Assembly (NCBI RefSeq): GCF_001194135.2
Contig: NC_068983.1
Location: forward strand, 19,355,380-19,419,379
Direction of reading: 5' to 3'
DNA: 64,000 nt
Source of the DNA: Octopus bimaculoides
Taxonomy: Eukaryota
Shown: positions 13,375 to 26,153 of the stretch, piece after piece
Layout of the letters: each line of letters begins with the position of its first letter
How positions within the stretch are numbered: position 1 is the stretch's first letter
Notes under the pieces: generated by a model
Databases searched by the model: none
Seen by the model: the letters and a program-made list of their open reading frames with translations, nothing else
Told to the model about the DNA's origin: nothing
Position numbers and translations under genes: made by a program

Positions 13375-14995
13375 TTTCAGTCAGTCAGTTTGACATTAAT
13401 CAGTTTTATTTCAAGATTTGTTGCCAATACAGAAAGAGCCGGTTTCTTACCTAAGTCCAAGGCTCTTTCATTGGAATTTCAAATTCAACAGAGCATGTAT
13501 ATATGAATGTATGTATACGTACAGATGTATGTTTTGTTTTAAGTATGCCTTCTTTTACATATACTTGCGTATCTAGACATGCTCATATATACTTAAATTA
13601 TAAAATTGTGGAACGTATTACAAATTTTTACAGTTCCTGTGATGGATTGGATCTGTAAGTTTTCGAATCAGTTTTCTCCTTTTTGGTTTTGAGAAGCCTA
13701 ATTTCTGAAGGTTGGTACATATCACAAGTCACCAATAATTACAGGTATGAATCTGAACTTGTAATTTGGATTGAGTAACTACAGATTTATTAATATTTCA
13801 ATGTAGTTATTCTCTTTTTCACTAATGTTCAGCTTTATGTTAACATCCGCAGTGTAGGTGATTTCCACAACCGTACACAGTTTTTCTTCCCTATCCCAAA
13901 TCATTATATCAGGTCTATTGTGCTTACATTGTATTGAGGTTTTAACGGAGACATTCCAAGTGTACTCTTTTTTATAATGAGTAGCTATGGCTTCTATCAT
14001 ACTGTGCGTTCTTATTTCTTTTGCTTCGGGGTTATCCTTCTGACGGATTTCACTATAGAGTGTCTATAGCATCCTGTCTCACCGGTAGATAATACTGTGA
14101 GGACATTTTCGGACAACTGCTAATGATGTGGGTGTTATCATTGGTGTTAACTCCTTAAAGTCTGCGTCGGTTGTCACATTTTACTGCTTTTCTTGCATGT
14201 CTTTCTCTTTTGCGCATCAGGTGTTTTGTTGATATTTCTTGTTCCTGGATTCCAAACGCATACACTTCAAACTAGGAGTTTGACAGACTGCTTTTTTGAT
14301 CGATGTTACTATCATCTCTGAGCCTTCTGCAGACATATCCATGCATTGTCTTCTGATCATACACTCATCCATTCATGATATATTGCGGTAGAGTCATGCG
14401 ACTTATTTGGGCATATATCTTAGGTTATCAGACAACGAGTGCTGCTCAAGGAGCTACCTTCTCAGTCTTATGACGTTATCAGCCTAATGTATGCAAACTT
14501 AGTCAAGGGATGCACTTTGACAGTTGGTGGTTAAAAGATGTTGCAGAAGAGATATTATACAACATTTAATGGCAGTTTGGATTGGTATTAAGCATCTGCC
14601 ACCATGTTCTCGCTTTAGGTAAAGGCGGTCTACGTCACTGTTGATGTGGAAATTATGCGAGCTTGTTAGTATCTTCCGGGTTTTCACGACAATGGTTCGG
14701 ATTTCATGAAGCGTCCAATTAAGCAGCCTCAATGTTGGTATAAGTACTGGCACAGCAAACAAACCGTGGGCCTCTGTTTTATTGAATGAAGTGAGTTCGA
14801 AGGTCCAAATTTTATTTATTTGGTTGTAATATTCTTCATTGACAAGTGCTTTGTTACAGGTGCCATTGTAAAGCATGTTTTCACCCACCCATTGATAACG
14901 GTAACATTCCTCATCAGATATAAGGGAAACAGTTAAGCCATTGATGGAGATGTTGCTGGTCTTGTTTACAGTTTTCCCTCTTTTCACAATCAAAT
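13375..14995 (-). mobile_element. 5'-truncated R4/Dong-type non-LTR retrotransposon (RT C-terminus, REL endonuclease, 3'UTR)
   Basis: ORF 14499-14993 reads FNKTEAHGLFAVPVL...NSDVDRLYLKREHGGRCL. ORF 13779-14000 reads WNVSVKTSIQCKHNRPDIMIWDREEKLCTVVEIT (REL PD..D/E). Flanked by (TATG)n on both sides. Confidence 0.85.
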
Positions 14996-15502
14996 AACAT
15001 TTCTTCTGATAAGTATGTATTTATATATGTATGTATGTATGTATGCATGTATGTATGTATGTATGTATGTATGTGTGTATGTATGTGTGTATGTATGTGT
15101 GTAACTAAAATACATCGTAGTGGAACTGAACCAAGTACAATTATATCACATGAAAATATTCTCTTTGCCATCCCTGTTTTAAACATTTCACTGAATTATA
15201 AAAAAAATTCTTTACTGTTGCAGAAAATACATATTATTTCAACACATAATATATGTAAAACAAAAACACTCACTGAGAAAATATTTCAAATAAAAAATAT
15301 ATAAAAAAAAATGAAGATGCATTTTCAGTAAAGAACAATTCATTTACATTTATACATACCCACATACGTATATATGCAAGGGTAGTCTTTATCTTTAGCT
15401 TAAATTAGAGACTGTGTTAGAACAACGAATACTGCGCTATGTACATTGAGAGTCTATCTAATATAGACTCATCGCGCATAAAAATGCTCGTGTATGAATG
15501 TA

Positions 15503-15566
15503 TGTGTAGGTCTATAATGTGTAGGTCTATAATGTGTAGGTCTATAATGTATGTGTAGGTCTATAA
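15503..15566. repeat. 15-bp minisatellite (TGTGTAGGTCTATAA) x4
   Basis: Directly visible tandem units; the last is offset by a 4-nt insertion. Confidence 0.85.
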
Positions 15567-17479
15567 TTATTTTATGTGCATGGATATTTTCATTCGTATA
15601 TATGCATGCATTTGCATAAAATCTGTTAAGTATTTTATCTAATATGAGTATTCCGCAATAACTTCTACACATGCAGTCATGCATACATACATATACACAT
15701 ATATATGTATGTATGTATATATATATATATATATATATNNNNNNNNNNNNNNNNNNNNNNNNNNNNNNNNNNNNNNNNNNNNNNNNNNNNNNNNNNNNNN
15801 NNNNNNNNNNNNNNNNNNNNNNNNNNNNNNNNNNNNNNNNNNNNNNNNNNNNNNNNNNNNNNNNNNNNNNNNNNNNNNNNNNNNNNNNNNNNNNNNNNNN
15901 NNNNNNNNNNNNNNNNNNNNNNNNNNNNNNNNNNNNNNNNNNNNNNNNNNNNNNNNNNNNNNNNNNNNNNNNNNNNNNNNNNNNNNNNNNNNNNNNNNNN
16001 NNNNNNNNNNNNNNNNNNNNNNNNNNNNNNNNNNNNNNNNNNNNNNNNNNNNNNNNNNNNNNNNNNNNNNNNNNNNNNNNNNNNNNNNNNNNNNNNNNNN
16101 NNNNNNNNNNNNNNNNNNNNNNNNNNNNNNNNNNNNNNNNNNNNNNNNNNNNNNNNNNNNNNNNNNNNNNNNNNNNNNNNNNNNNNNNNNNNNNNNNNNN
16201 NNNNNNNNNNNNNNNNNNNNNNNNNNNNNNNNNNNNNNNNNNNNNNNNNNNNNNNNNNNNNNNNNNNNNNNNNNNNNNNNNNNNNNNNNNNNNNNNNNNN
16301 NNNNNNNNNNNNNNNNNNNNNNNNNNNNNNNNNNNNNNNNNNNNNNNNNNNNNNNNNNNNNNNNNNNNNNNNNNNNNNNNNNNNNNNNNNNNNNNNNNNN
16401 NNNNNNNNNNNNNNNNNNNNNNNNNNNNNNNNNNNNNNNNNNNNNNNNNNNNNNNNNNNNNNNNNNNNNNNNNNNNNNNNNNNNNNNNNNNNNNNNNNNN
16501 NNNNNNNNNNNNNNNNNNNNNNNNNNNNNNNNNNNNNNNNNNNNNNNNNNNNNNNNNNNNNNNNNNNNNNNNNNNNNNNNNNNNNNNNNNNNNNNNNNNN
16601 NNNNNNNNNNNNNNNNNNNNNNNATATATATATATATATATATATACGTATGTACGTATATATAGTAATACAGCGACATACACACAATGTAACATATACA
16701 CACACACTCACAGGTTTGTCTGTGTGTGTGAGTGTGTGTGTGTGTATGTGTGTCCTTACACGTGCACCTTGGTGCTAAATCCTTGAACTGAGTGTAGATA
16801 TGAAAATATAAATCTACGTATACGTTCCTATAAATCTAGATTTTCGTTTGTGTATGTTAGCTTCCGTGTACTGTGTATATATTTAGTTTTTCCTTCAGCA
16901 ATCGCTATTCATTATTTCTAAATGATTCAAACACGTAAGGCATGCTATTGTGTGGACTGATCGACTGAGTTGTGCATCTACTATTTGTGATTATCAATGA
17001 ATATTTGGATTGAGTACAATATGTTTATAAACATTTTTTCGATATGTTGCTAAATAATACCTGAATGCCAATCGTGATGACGTTGTGAACCAATGGATAG
17101 CCTGGAAAATATTACATATTTGTATAATAACGACGGAAGTAAATACGTATGTTTATACAGAAATGAAGGCCAACTATTATTCCGGTATCTATGGAATAGA
17201 ACTAAAAGATAAATGAGAAACTTAAACAGACAAACGCATATCATGCACACATACCTATAGAGCGAATTGATTTGATGCTATCTCTCTTGTGCACGTGATA
17301 TGATTTTGTTTGCGCTGTATTTTTTTAGAATATGCCACGTGATTCATTAAAGAATTACCAAGTAAATACCGATACTGAGGAAAATTTATTATTATTATTT
17401 TTTTTGTATATCGCGTATATTACTCTGAAAAGGACTGTTATTTCTAGGTGCATGTGTACATGTATATATATATATATAT

Positions 17480-19332
17480 ATCATCATCATCATCCATCAT
17501 TTTAAATCCGGGTTTTGTCCCCGTTCACGGGGGTGGCTGGATCTACCTCAATGCCATAGCAACCGACCTCACACTTTTTGGCCATATTACTCGGTTTTGG
17601 GCGTTTTCCCCTCTCAAGCCAACCCTCCCAATCTCCCCCTCCACCTATCCTCTCCACGTTCTCTTTAATCTACCTCGCTTTCACTGTCCGTTTACCTCAC
17701 ACACTAGTACCCTCTTCAGAACATGCTCCTCCTCCCTCCTCAACAAATGCCCACACAACCGCACTCCATTCGACCTTGCCACCCGTTCCACTGATTCCTC
17801 CAAACCCAGCATCTTCATCAAGTCCTCATTCCTCCTATTATCAAACAACCTCACGCCAGAGATTTCCCTCACCATTGCTCTCTCAGTTCTTCTCAAAATT
17901 GCCATCTCTCTCTCCCTCAAACACCACGTCTCACTCTCATATAGCATTGTAGCTCTCACACAATTCCTATAGACCTTTCCTTTCGTCTTCAACAATGAGA
18001 ACCTTTTTCCATATAACAACGCTCTACATTCCCCGAATTTCACCCAGCCAAATCTCGCTCTTGCTGCCACAGATGCTTCACGTCCACCATTTACAACTAC
18101 CCTATCTCCCATATAAAACCCTCTCACCGTCTCCACCTCGTCACATAGTGTTTCCACTGATTTCGCCAGCCCTCCAACTCCTTTCTCATATTTTCCACAA
18201 TAAACCACTCTTGCCAGTCTTGGGGTCACCTTCTTCATTTTCGTACATCTACCATGAATCTATTTCTCATATCTCGTACGCAACACCGCATTTGCAATTA
18301 TCCTCCTCCCACATAAACCACATGGATCCGCCTTACTCACTAACACTTCTCCTTTCACCCCACTCACAATCACCGCTGTCTTCCCGTCGTTTAGTTTCAA
18401 ACTCTTGAGTTCAAACGTCTGCTTCTATTTCTAAAACTACTCCCTCAATCTCTCTTCGTGTCATTCATCAGAACAAAGTAATCTGCATACAGTATCTCCA
18501 TTAGCAATCCTTCTCTTACACTCTTCGTCACCACATGAAACACTATTGCAACCAATAATAGTGAAAATACAGATCCCTGATGCACACCAAATTTCACCGC
18601 AAACACCTCCGACAGCTCTGATCCAATTCTCACTCTTGTCTCTACCCCGTCAGACAAACTCATCACTTCTCTCACAGTTACCTCTAGTACACTTCTCTTC
18701 CTCGACACCCACTCAATCCTTCCTTGGAACCCTATCATATGCCTTCTCCAGATCAGCGAAACGCATGTACAACTCCTTCACCTTACCTCGTTATTCCTCC
18801 TGCAATCTCCTTACAATGATCACTGCATCTAGTGTCCCCTTTTCTGGCATTAAACTAAATTGCATCTCATCCACATCCACCTCTTTCCGAATTCTCGAAC
18901 GCGTTTCTACTATCTTTTTTGTATGCTCCAATAGTTTCGCTCCTCTATACGACCCACAACTTATCTCGCCCCCCCCCATTCCCTTGTAGATCTTTACCAC
19001 CACAATCATCTGGCATTCCTCTTCCATCCAGCACTCCCTGGCAGAGCTCTGTCATCACAACAATCCCTATCTCTCCACTTGCAGTTATCATTTCCACACT
19101 TACTTCTGATGGACCAGCTGCCTTTCCTGTTTCCGTTTCCTTCATTTTCTCCACTACTTCCTCCCGACTAACCCTCTCAACAGGCCCCACCACCACAGCA
19201 GCTTCCACCCTCTGATTCCCTTCATTCTCCTCATTCATAATTCCCTCCATATTCTGCTTCCAAACACTACCCTGTCCTTCTCACTAAAAAATTCAACTTT
19301 CCATCAATCCCCCGTATGCTTCTTCCTCCCTC
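17480..19332 (-). mobile_element. RTE-clade LINE 3' half (RT plus C-terminal domain), running into an N-gap
   Basis: ORF 18445-18738 reads FAVKFGVHQGSVFSLLL...EILYADYFVLM (YADD decayed). ORF 17681-18238 reads RFGWVKF..C..LL.GKRFSL..KGKVYRNCVRATMLYESETW...LCGHLLRR. An (ATC)n tail is at 17480-17497. Confidence 0.9.
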
Positions 19333-20234
19333 NNNNNNNNNNNNNNNNNNNNNNNNNNNNNNNNNNNNNNNNNNNNNNNNNNNNNNNNNNNNNNNNNNNN
19401 NNNNNNNNNNNNNNNNNNNNNNNNNNNNNNNNNNNNNNNNNNNNNNNNNNNNNNNNNNNNNNNNNNNNNNNNNNNNNNNNNNNNNNNNNNNNNNNNNNNN
19501 NNNNNNNNNNNNNNNNNNNNNNNNNNNNNNNNNNNNNNNNNNNNNNNNNNNNNNNNNNNNNNNNNNNNNNNNNNNNNNNNNNNNNNNNNNNNNNNNNNNN
19601 NNNNNNNNNNNNNNNNNNNNNNNNNNNNNNNNNNNNNNNNNNNNNNNNNNNNNNNNNNNNNNNNNNNNNNNNNNNNNNNNNNNNNNNNNNNNNNNNNNNN
19701 NNNNNNNNNNNNNNNNNNNNNNNNNNNNNNNNNNNNNNNNNNNNNNNNNNNNNNNNNNNNNNNNNNNNNNNNNNNNNNNNNNNNNNNNNNNNNNNNNNNN
19801 NNNNNNNNNNNNNNNNNNNNNNNNNNNNNNNNNNNNNNNNNNNNNNNNNNNNNNNNNNNNNNNNNNNNNNNNNNNNNNNNNNNNNNNNNNNNNNNNNNNN
19901 NNNNNNNNNNNNNNNNNNNNNNNNNNNNNNNNNNNNNNNNNNNNNNNNNNNNNNNNNNNNNNNNNNNNNNNNNNNNNNNNNNNNNNNNNNNNNNNNNNNN
20001 NNNNNNNNNNNNNNNNNNNNNNNNNNNNNNNNNNNNNNNNNNNNNNNNNNNNNNNNNNNNNNNNNNNNNNNNNNNNNNNNNNNNNNNNNNNNNNNNNNNN
20101 NNNNNNNNNNNNNNNNNNNNNNNNNNNNNNNNNNNNNNNNNNNNNNNNNNNNNNNNNNNNNNNNNNNNNNNNNNNNNNNNNNNNNNNNNNNNNNNNNNNN
20201 NNNNNNNNNNNNNNNNNNNNNNNCACACATACAT

Positions 20235-20265
<31 letters not shown>

Positions 20266-20288
20266 CGCACACAAACACAGACACACAG

Positions 20289-20319
<31 letters not shown>

Positions 20320-20329
20320 CAAATATATA

Positions 20330-20483
20330 ACGGTCTTCTCTCAGTTTCCGTATACCGAACCCATTCACAAGGCTTTGGTCTGACCGTGGCTATAGTAGAA
20401 GACACGTGCATAAGGTTGCACGCAGTGGGACTGAACACGACAGCATGGGCTTGAGAAGCAAGCTTCCTAACACATAGCCACGA
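20330..20483 (-). mobile_element. tRNA-derived SINE family B 5' half
   Basis: CAGTTTCCGT...CACAAGGCTTTGGTC...GGCTATAGTAGAAGACAC...GCAGTGGGACTGAAC matches the other family B copies. Confidence 0.8.
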
Positions 20484-20926
20484 TACATGCCCATTAGATA
20501 TTTCTACATGGTGATATATTTATAAACAAACTCTCATAGATGCAGCGTTGACTTTAATCTCCTAAAGATAATACGAATTTGCAAAATTTTCACCAATTTC
20601 AAAGTCATGATCAGCGAAACGTGAAACCAGTAGACTATCATAATATTCTATCCTTCACAATATACTTAAAAATATATAAATCGTGACCATATTTCTTCTT
20701 TTCACAAACACACACACACACACGCACACGCACACACACACACACACGTACACACACACATAGAGAGAGAGATACATTTATTAATAAGAAGTGAAAGTAC
20801 AAGTGACATTTGGAGATGAAAATTATATATACTGAGAGGAAAAATATTCAATGCACACATAAGGAAACCTGTACACATACGAACAAATGCGCGCTTTTGT
20901 ATGTATGTATGTATATATATATACAT

Positions 20927-20973
<47 letters not shown>

Positions 20974-21560
20974 TGTTTATGTGTCTGTGTGTGTATTTAT
21001 AATCTCATGCATTATATATGTGGTGGTGTGTGTTTGTTTCTCGTTTAATATGCACAAATTTGTTTGTTTGTATTTCAAGCGCCATGTAAGTATTTCCATG
21101 CTAAAACAGACTGTAGATGTTATAAAAGCATGCTACGCTTGTACGTAATGAGAGATTAGAAAAATTAAAAGGAAAAAAAGAAAGAAAAAGAAATGAAACT
21201 AAAGACGGTGAATGGTAGATTTAGAACGTAGCATAATATATATGTTTAAAATGGATTTTCTATAAGGCCGCAGTACATATTCAATAGATGTAAGAATGCA
21301 TAAAGAGAAAGAGTTTGGAAGCAGCTAATTACCGTGCTCAAAGACCAATTGAATACAATCCACCTACCTACTACACTGTAAATTTCTTTTGCGCCAGCAG
21401 TGAATATTGATTATTTGATTGAAGCGGCAGTAGGGTCTTAGATCAAAGATTTTCCGTTGTAGATAGTTGAACACATGACAATACACATCACAGTGACACA
21501 CATGCATTGCGCACGCACACACACACACACACACACATATATGTGTGTATATATACATAC

Positions 21561-21633
<73 letters not shown>

Positions 21634-22334
21634 GGTATGTATAGATATGTATGCCTATATATCCTCACGCAGACACATACTTATGTACACAAACACGTTG
21701 TACTATCTTAGACTGTCGGCGATATACAAGCATGTGGCACACTCTAGAGAAGCTATAGACTATTTAGGTACATGCGTGTATGTATATGAACGTGTGTCTT
21801 TCCTTATATATCGTTAGCTTTAAGAGATAATGTATATTAACATGAGCAAAAAAAAAAGAAATTAAAGGGTACACTTACTCTTACTCTCACGCACATATTT
21901 TCAAAGGCATTCGCATACACACATGCACGAGCTGTTATGTTTATATTTATATATACCTAGGTGTTAATATGCGAGTGTGTGTGTATGTATCTGTTTGTGT
22001 GCGTGCGATCACAACCGTTTGCATCATCTTTTCGGTTGAAACCGTCTCTTAGTGTAAATGTAGAGCGCATAGGCAATCTTATAGATCTGTATGTAAACCT
22101 GCGTATGTGACTTTACTACGGGCATAGTCGAACATATGCACACCCACACACACACACACACACACATACACACACACACACATACACACACACACGCTCC
22201 GCGCGCACACACTGACATACACACTCATGTGCACATGTTTGTACACATATATAAATACATACAGAACTGTGTGCTAAAACGTATCTCTATTTTTTCTATT
22301 TCTTTAACTATATATATATATATATATATATATG

Positions 22335-22530
22335 GGAGAATGTACGAAAAAAACAACAACAGACGAGGACAGGTGGTGCAAATAACAAAAGGATGTATTA
22401 GTATGACGCTCGGGAATACGGAAAGTCTTTGACGCTTCGAGCTACGCTCTTCAACAGAAAGAATACGGAGACAAGGGGAAAAACACGGAGAAAAAAAAAT
22501 TGAATAGTGTTCAGTCAACGGTCAATCATA
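22335..22530 (-). mobile_element. Solo Penelope-type pLTR remnant containing a hammerhead motif
   Basis: Non-coding, pyrimidine-rich minus strand leading into the HHR at 22426-22462; starts next to (TA)n. Confidence 0.55.
22426..22462 (-). ncRNA. Minimal type I hammerhead ribozyme motif (decayed)
   Basis: TCTTT-CTGTTGA-A-GAGC(GTA)GCTC-GAAGC-GTC-AAAGA. Stem I is 5 bp perfect and stem II 4 bp perfect, with a GUC site. The core has A6>U and A15.1>G. Confidence 0.7.
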
Positions 22531-22984
22531 ATAATGGCTGACCGGAAGATTGAAATTCTTTTTTTAGGAGAGCTAAGAAAAGGGGAGATAACAAACGGTG
22601 ATCGAAGAACTAGGGGCTGTGTGTGGGAGATAGAATGCTGGTGATCTTGACGTAGGCTACAATACAAGTATTTATACCCATAGTTTCATATGGTCAGAAA
22701 TTCTTACACAAATTCGTCAGGCACATACCACATATCATAAAGAACTAAAAAAAGATGTAATATAATACAAGCGAAAAAATGAGAAGTTAATACATAGAAC
22801 ACACAGAAAGTAAAAAACGGAAAACTTAAAGTTGAAAAATAAAAAGTAAAACGGTAAAATTGCTGTCATCCTTAGACCTTAAATTATAACGATGGAAAAA
22901 TATCAAGTTAGAAATAGGCGGAATTTTACAATTCTTCAAAATATATTTATACATATGCTTGCTGCCACTGAAAATTTCTGATCT

Positions 22985-23135
22985 TGTCCCCATAACAGAG
23001 CGATTCGGCAAAAGAGAACAAAATAAAAAACACTAGGATTACAAAGAATAATTCTTGAGATTGATTTGTTCGACAAAAGGCCGTGCTCCATCATGGCTGC
23101 AGTTAAATGACTGAAACACGTAAAAAAGTAAGAGA
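22985..23135 (+). mobile_element. SINE family B 3' portion
   Basis: GTCCCCATAAC..AGCGATTCGGCAAAAGAG...CCATCATGGCTGCAGTTAAATGACTGAAAC, as at 48020-48160. Confidence 0.6.
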
Positions 23136-23317
23136 GTACATTTCAGCAGTGAGCTAGGTATCTTAGATGCGTACAGGATCTGCACTGTTCCAGCTTACAT
23201 TTGTTCGGTCCATTCACTTACTTTCCATTTAATTATGTTGTCGTTATCTGTTTTTCGTTTACTGTCTTATTATTATTATTTTTTTTTACTTTCTGTGTTT
23301 TCTATATGTTGCCTTCC

Positions 23318-23705
23318 TACGTCTTAGCGAAGGCGGAAGTATTGTTTTTTAGTCACGTTTGTTTGTTTGTTTTTCTTTTGTTTTTTTTTTCTTTTTTCAT
23401 TCATCCGTGAATAAGATATCTCAAGAACTGCTTGATCGATTACGATCATTGTTTAAGGGATGTTTGGCCTCGTGAAGGGTACGAGCTGATTAGATTTTGG
23501 GATCGAACCTGTAGAGAACAAGGATTATTTTTCCTGGTTTTGATTTAATTTTTGAGAGCAGTCGGTTCAATTTTTAGTATTCTAGTCTGTGAAAGCAGTG
23601 GAGGTTATTTCAGATATTGTCATTTTAAAAATCATCTCTGGCTAATTTTGGAGAGGACGTTTGTGTTGACATGCTGGAGGTTTACACTCTCTGCGTGCTC
23701 TCGAT
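23318..23705 (+). mobile_element. Helentron-associated non-autonomous element (HINE/DINE-1-like)
   Basis: 5' CC..CGTCTTAGCGAAGGCGGAAGTATTGTTTT, then (GTTT)n, then GATATCTCAAGAACTGCTTGATCGAT and GATTAGATTTTGG, then a 3' GGAGGTTTACACTCTCTGCGTGCT subterminal motif and hairpin. This is the typical HINE layout. Confidence 0.55.
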
Positions 23706-24019
23706 CAAGTTTTTAAATTCGTTATTATATGTGGGTTGCGCCTGAAGAACATGTTTGAATATTTCTCAACATATGAGACTATTAGTAGCGTTTAAATACA
23801 ATTAGTATACCATTTAAATAAACAATATTAATCTCTCACCATATGGAGTACTTGTTTTGTAAATTTTCTGTTACGGAAAAGTATATTATATATAATACAG
23901 TAAATAGTAAAAATCATTAATGATTTTGCCAGGGGGTGAGCGCGGAAATAACAAACTTTTACGTTAATTTTCCAAATATTTTATAATTATATACATAATT
24001 ATAACATGGGAGTGGCTTA

Positions 24020-24178
24020 GTTACATTATTTACATTCGACGGATATTTATCCTCATCTTGTTTGTCGTTAACACAATGTTTCGACTGATATACCATCCAG
24101 CCTTCTTCAGGGGTCTTCGGGAAATTTCGAACCTGTGTTCTCATTCCTGAGATAGTTTTCGATGCTATTATTATTATT
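24020..24178 (-). mobile_element. Hammerhead-bearing repeat unit, minus copy (left arm of a fold-back)
   Basis: The reverse complement aligns with 24968-25125 (AGGAATGAGAAC..GGTTCGAAATTTCCC...GTTAAC.ACAA.CAAGATGAGGA.AAATATCCG). Confidence 0.85.
24070..24115 (-). ncRNA. Minimal type I hammerhead motif (decayed copy 1 of the tRNA-headed unit)
   Basis: GACCC-CTGAAGA-A-GGCTG(GATGGTATAT)CAGTC-GAAAC-ATT-GTGTT. The core is intact; stem III has G16.2>A and stem I has one mismatch. Confidence 0.65.
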
Positions 24179-24179
24179 G

Positions 24180-24730
24180 AGTGAGAGAGCAGTGCATGCC
24201 ATCAAAGTGACACTGGGGTAAAATATACGAAGCCCATTATACCCATCATGACTACCCGTCTGATAAGGGTACACTAGGCACAAGCATCACAACCATATGA
24301 GCGCGACATGGTGATCTCATATCAAGATAAACAGCGCAGGACCTTGCAGGTGGGGCCCAGTTAGAATTTTCTTCCGGTCGAGTAGCCCATCCCGCTCAAT
24401 AGGTCTCTGAATAAGGTTTGTTTAGGATGTTGAGCAAAACACCCATGTTTCCAAAGGTGAATTATTCAAACCCCAAAGAATTCCTCTCAACACATGCCTA
24501 TGATGCTCTCCCACTACTTCTGCTCATGATCAGAGATGCACATATCGTCAGCCACCAAGGAACATGCTCAACTGATTAAGGTCAAACAACTGACAAGCAA
24601 ATCTCTGGTATTGAGCGGAATATTTGCTGTAGGCCATCTTTTATACCAAGACAAAACAATGTACATGATAACACTTCCAATCAATTAAGATCAGAAGCCA
24701 TGAGATCCACTGCCTAGTATTGCATCCGGG

Positions 24731-24735
<5 letters not shown>
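24180..24735. mobile_element. About 555-bp non-coding element inserted in the (ATT)n linker of the left arm
   Basis: A more GC-rich block bounded by ATT repeats on both sides that interrupts the fold-back symmetry; no ORF recognised. Confidence 0.55.
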
Positions 24736-24805
<70 letters not shown>

Positions 24806-24860
24806 CATTGTTGTTGTTGTTGTTGATAGTGTTACTGTTGCTGTTGTTGCTGTTGTTGTT
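24736..24860. repeat. (ATT)n then (GTT)n/(GCT) trinucleotide tract
   Basis: Directly visible. Confidence 0.95.
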
Positions 24861-24880
24861 TAGGTCACTGCTTGGAATCA

Positions 24881-25155
24881 ACGTGGTTAAGAGCGTGGGC
24901 TACTAACCCCAAAATTCCGAGTTCGATTCCAAGCAGTGACCTGAACAACAACAACAACAACAACAACAACATCGAAAAATATCTTAGGAATGAGAACCGA
25001 GGTTCGAAATTTCCCCAAGACCTCTGAAGAAGGCTGGAGGGTATATCAGGCAAAACGTTCTGTTAACAACAAGCAAGATGAGGACAAATATCCGTTAATT
25101 GTAAATAATGTAAATAATGTACAAAATTCCTCATCTCTTAAATATAGAACTGTAT
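24881..25155 (+). mobile_element. tRNA-like head, (AAC)n linker and hammerhead unit, plus copy (right arm of the fold-back)
   Basis: GTGGTTAAGAGCGTGGGCTACTAACCCC...GAGTTCGATTCC (B box 24921-24930), (AAC)n 24944-24970, HHR 25019-25064 and an (AATGTAAAT)-type tail. Confidence 0.75.
25019..25064 (+). ncRNA. Minimal type I hammerhead motif (decayed copy 2)
   Basis: GACCT-CTGAAGA-A-GGCTG(GAGGGTATAT)CAGGC-AAAAC-GTT-CTGTT. Palindromic ACGT stem III is retained; G12>A is present and stems I and II have mismatches. Confidence 0.6.
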
Positions 25156-26112
25156 TAGTGTGTTAAATATCCCAGTACCCCAATAATTACACATGTAATC
25201 ATGATAGAGTAGCTATAGATTCCTCAGTCGTTCAGCGTAGGTATTTTTTCCTTCGCTGGTCTTCAGCTTTACGTTAACAACCGCTGGGCAGTTGGTTTTC
25301 ACAATTGTGCATAGTTTCTCTTTACTATCCCAAATAACTATGTATATATGCATGTATGTATGTATGTACGTATATATGCAGATATATCAGACATGATTGT
25401 TCACAGTTTTTCATGCCGTCTTTCATTGATATCTCATATTATGTATTGGCACAAATTCAGAGAGGTAGTTTAAGTAGATGGATAGCATTTAATCCCTGTG
25501 GTAGATATACTGATAATATTTATAAATATATAAGCAACTACACGTATAAGAATATAGATATACACTTCGTAGGCAACAATGGTAGAGATATGAATAAATA
25601 ATTAGAGATAAAATAGAGAAGTATGGAACAACGTAAATAGTTAAACAGATGTACAGGTTTACAGATATATTGGGAGATAAATTGATAAAGGCAGATGGCG
25701 AACGGTGAGGTTAAGAACATAAAATGTGCATCTGTCATTATTATTTTCTTTTAAATCTTGGTTTTTATGTATCGTTTAAAATCATCTATTTTCTAAACAG
25801 TGAAATATTCGATACTAGAATAAAGAAGGCAAAAATATAAGTTTTTTGTATTGGAAGGACACGCACCCCCACCCACACACACACGTACATACATACACAA
25901 ACACAGATACATAATACATACTTACATACATACATACATACATACATATATACATACATATAGCGAGGTAGATAGAGAAATAGTTAAAGACAGAAAAATA
26001 GAAACGTATAAAATCTTTTTAAGCTCAAATTTAAAGGAAAAGTGATTAGCCATCAACGTGGCTTTTTTCCCATTTTGATATCACACTATGGCTACTGCTA
26101 TACATACATACC

Positions 26113-26153
<41 letters not shown>

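Noticed and set aside
15469-16786. Long ORFs (300-675 aa) in the track here and at 19267-20438, 26042-26752, 34569-36075, 57365-59392 and 60930-61995
   Set aside because: They are N-gap read-through plus dinucleotide translations (YIYI, HTHT, CVCV). Only the non-X PLE part of 34569-35007 is real coding sequence.
24881-24942. tRNA gene
   Set aside because: The 5' acceptor/A-box part is missing and it continues into a repeat unit; it is a SINE-like head, not a functional tRNA. The same applies to the SINE heads at 10900-10981, 53380-53438 and 4346-4430.
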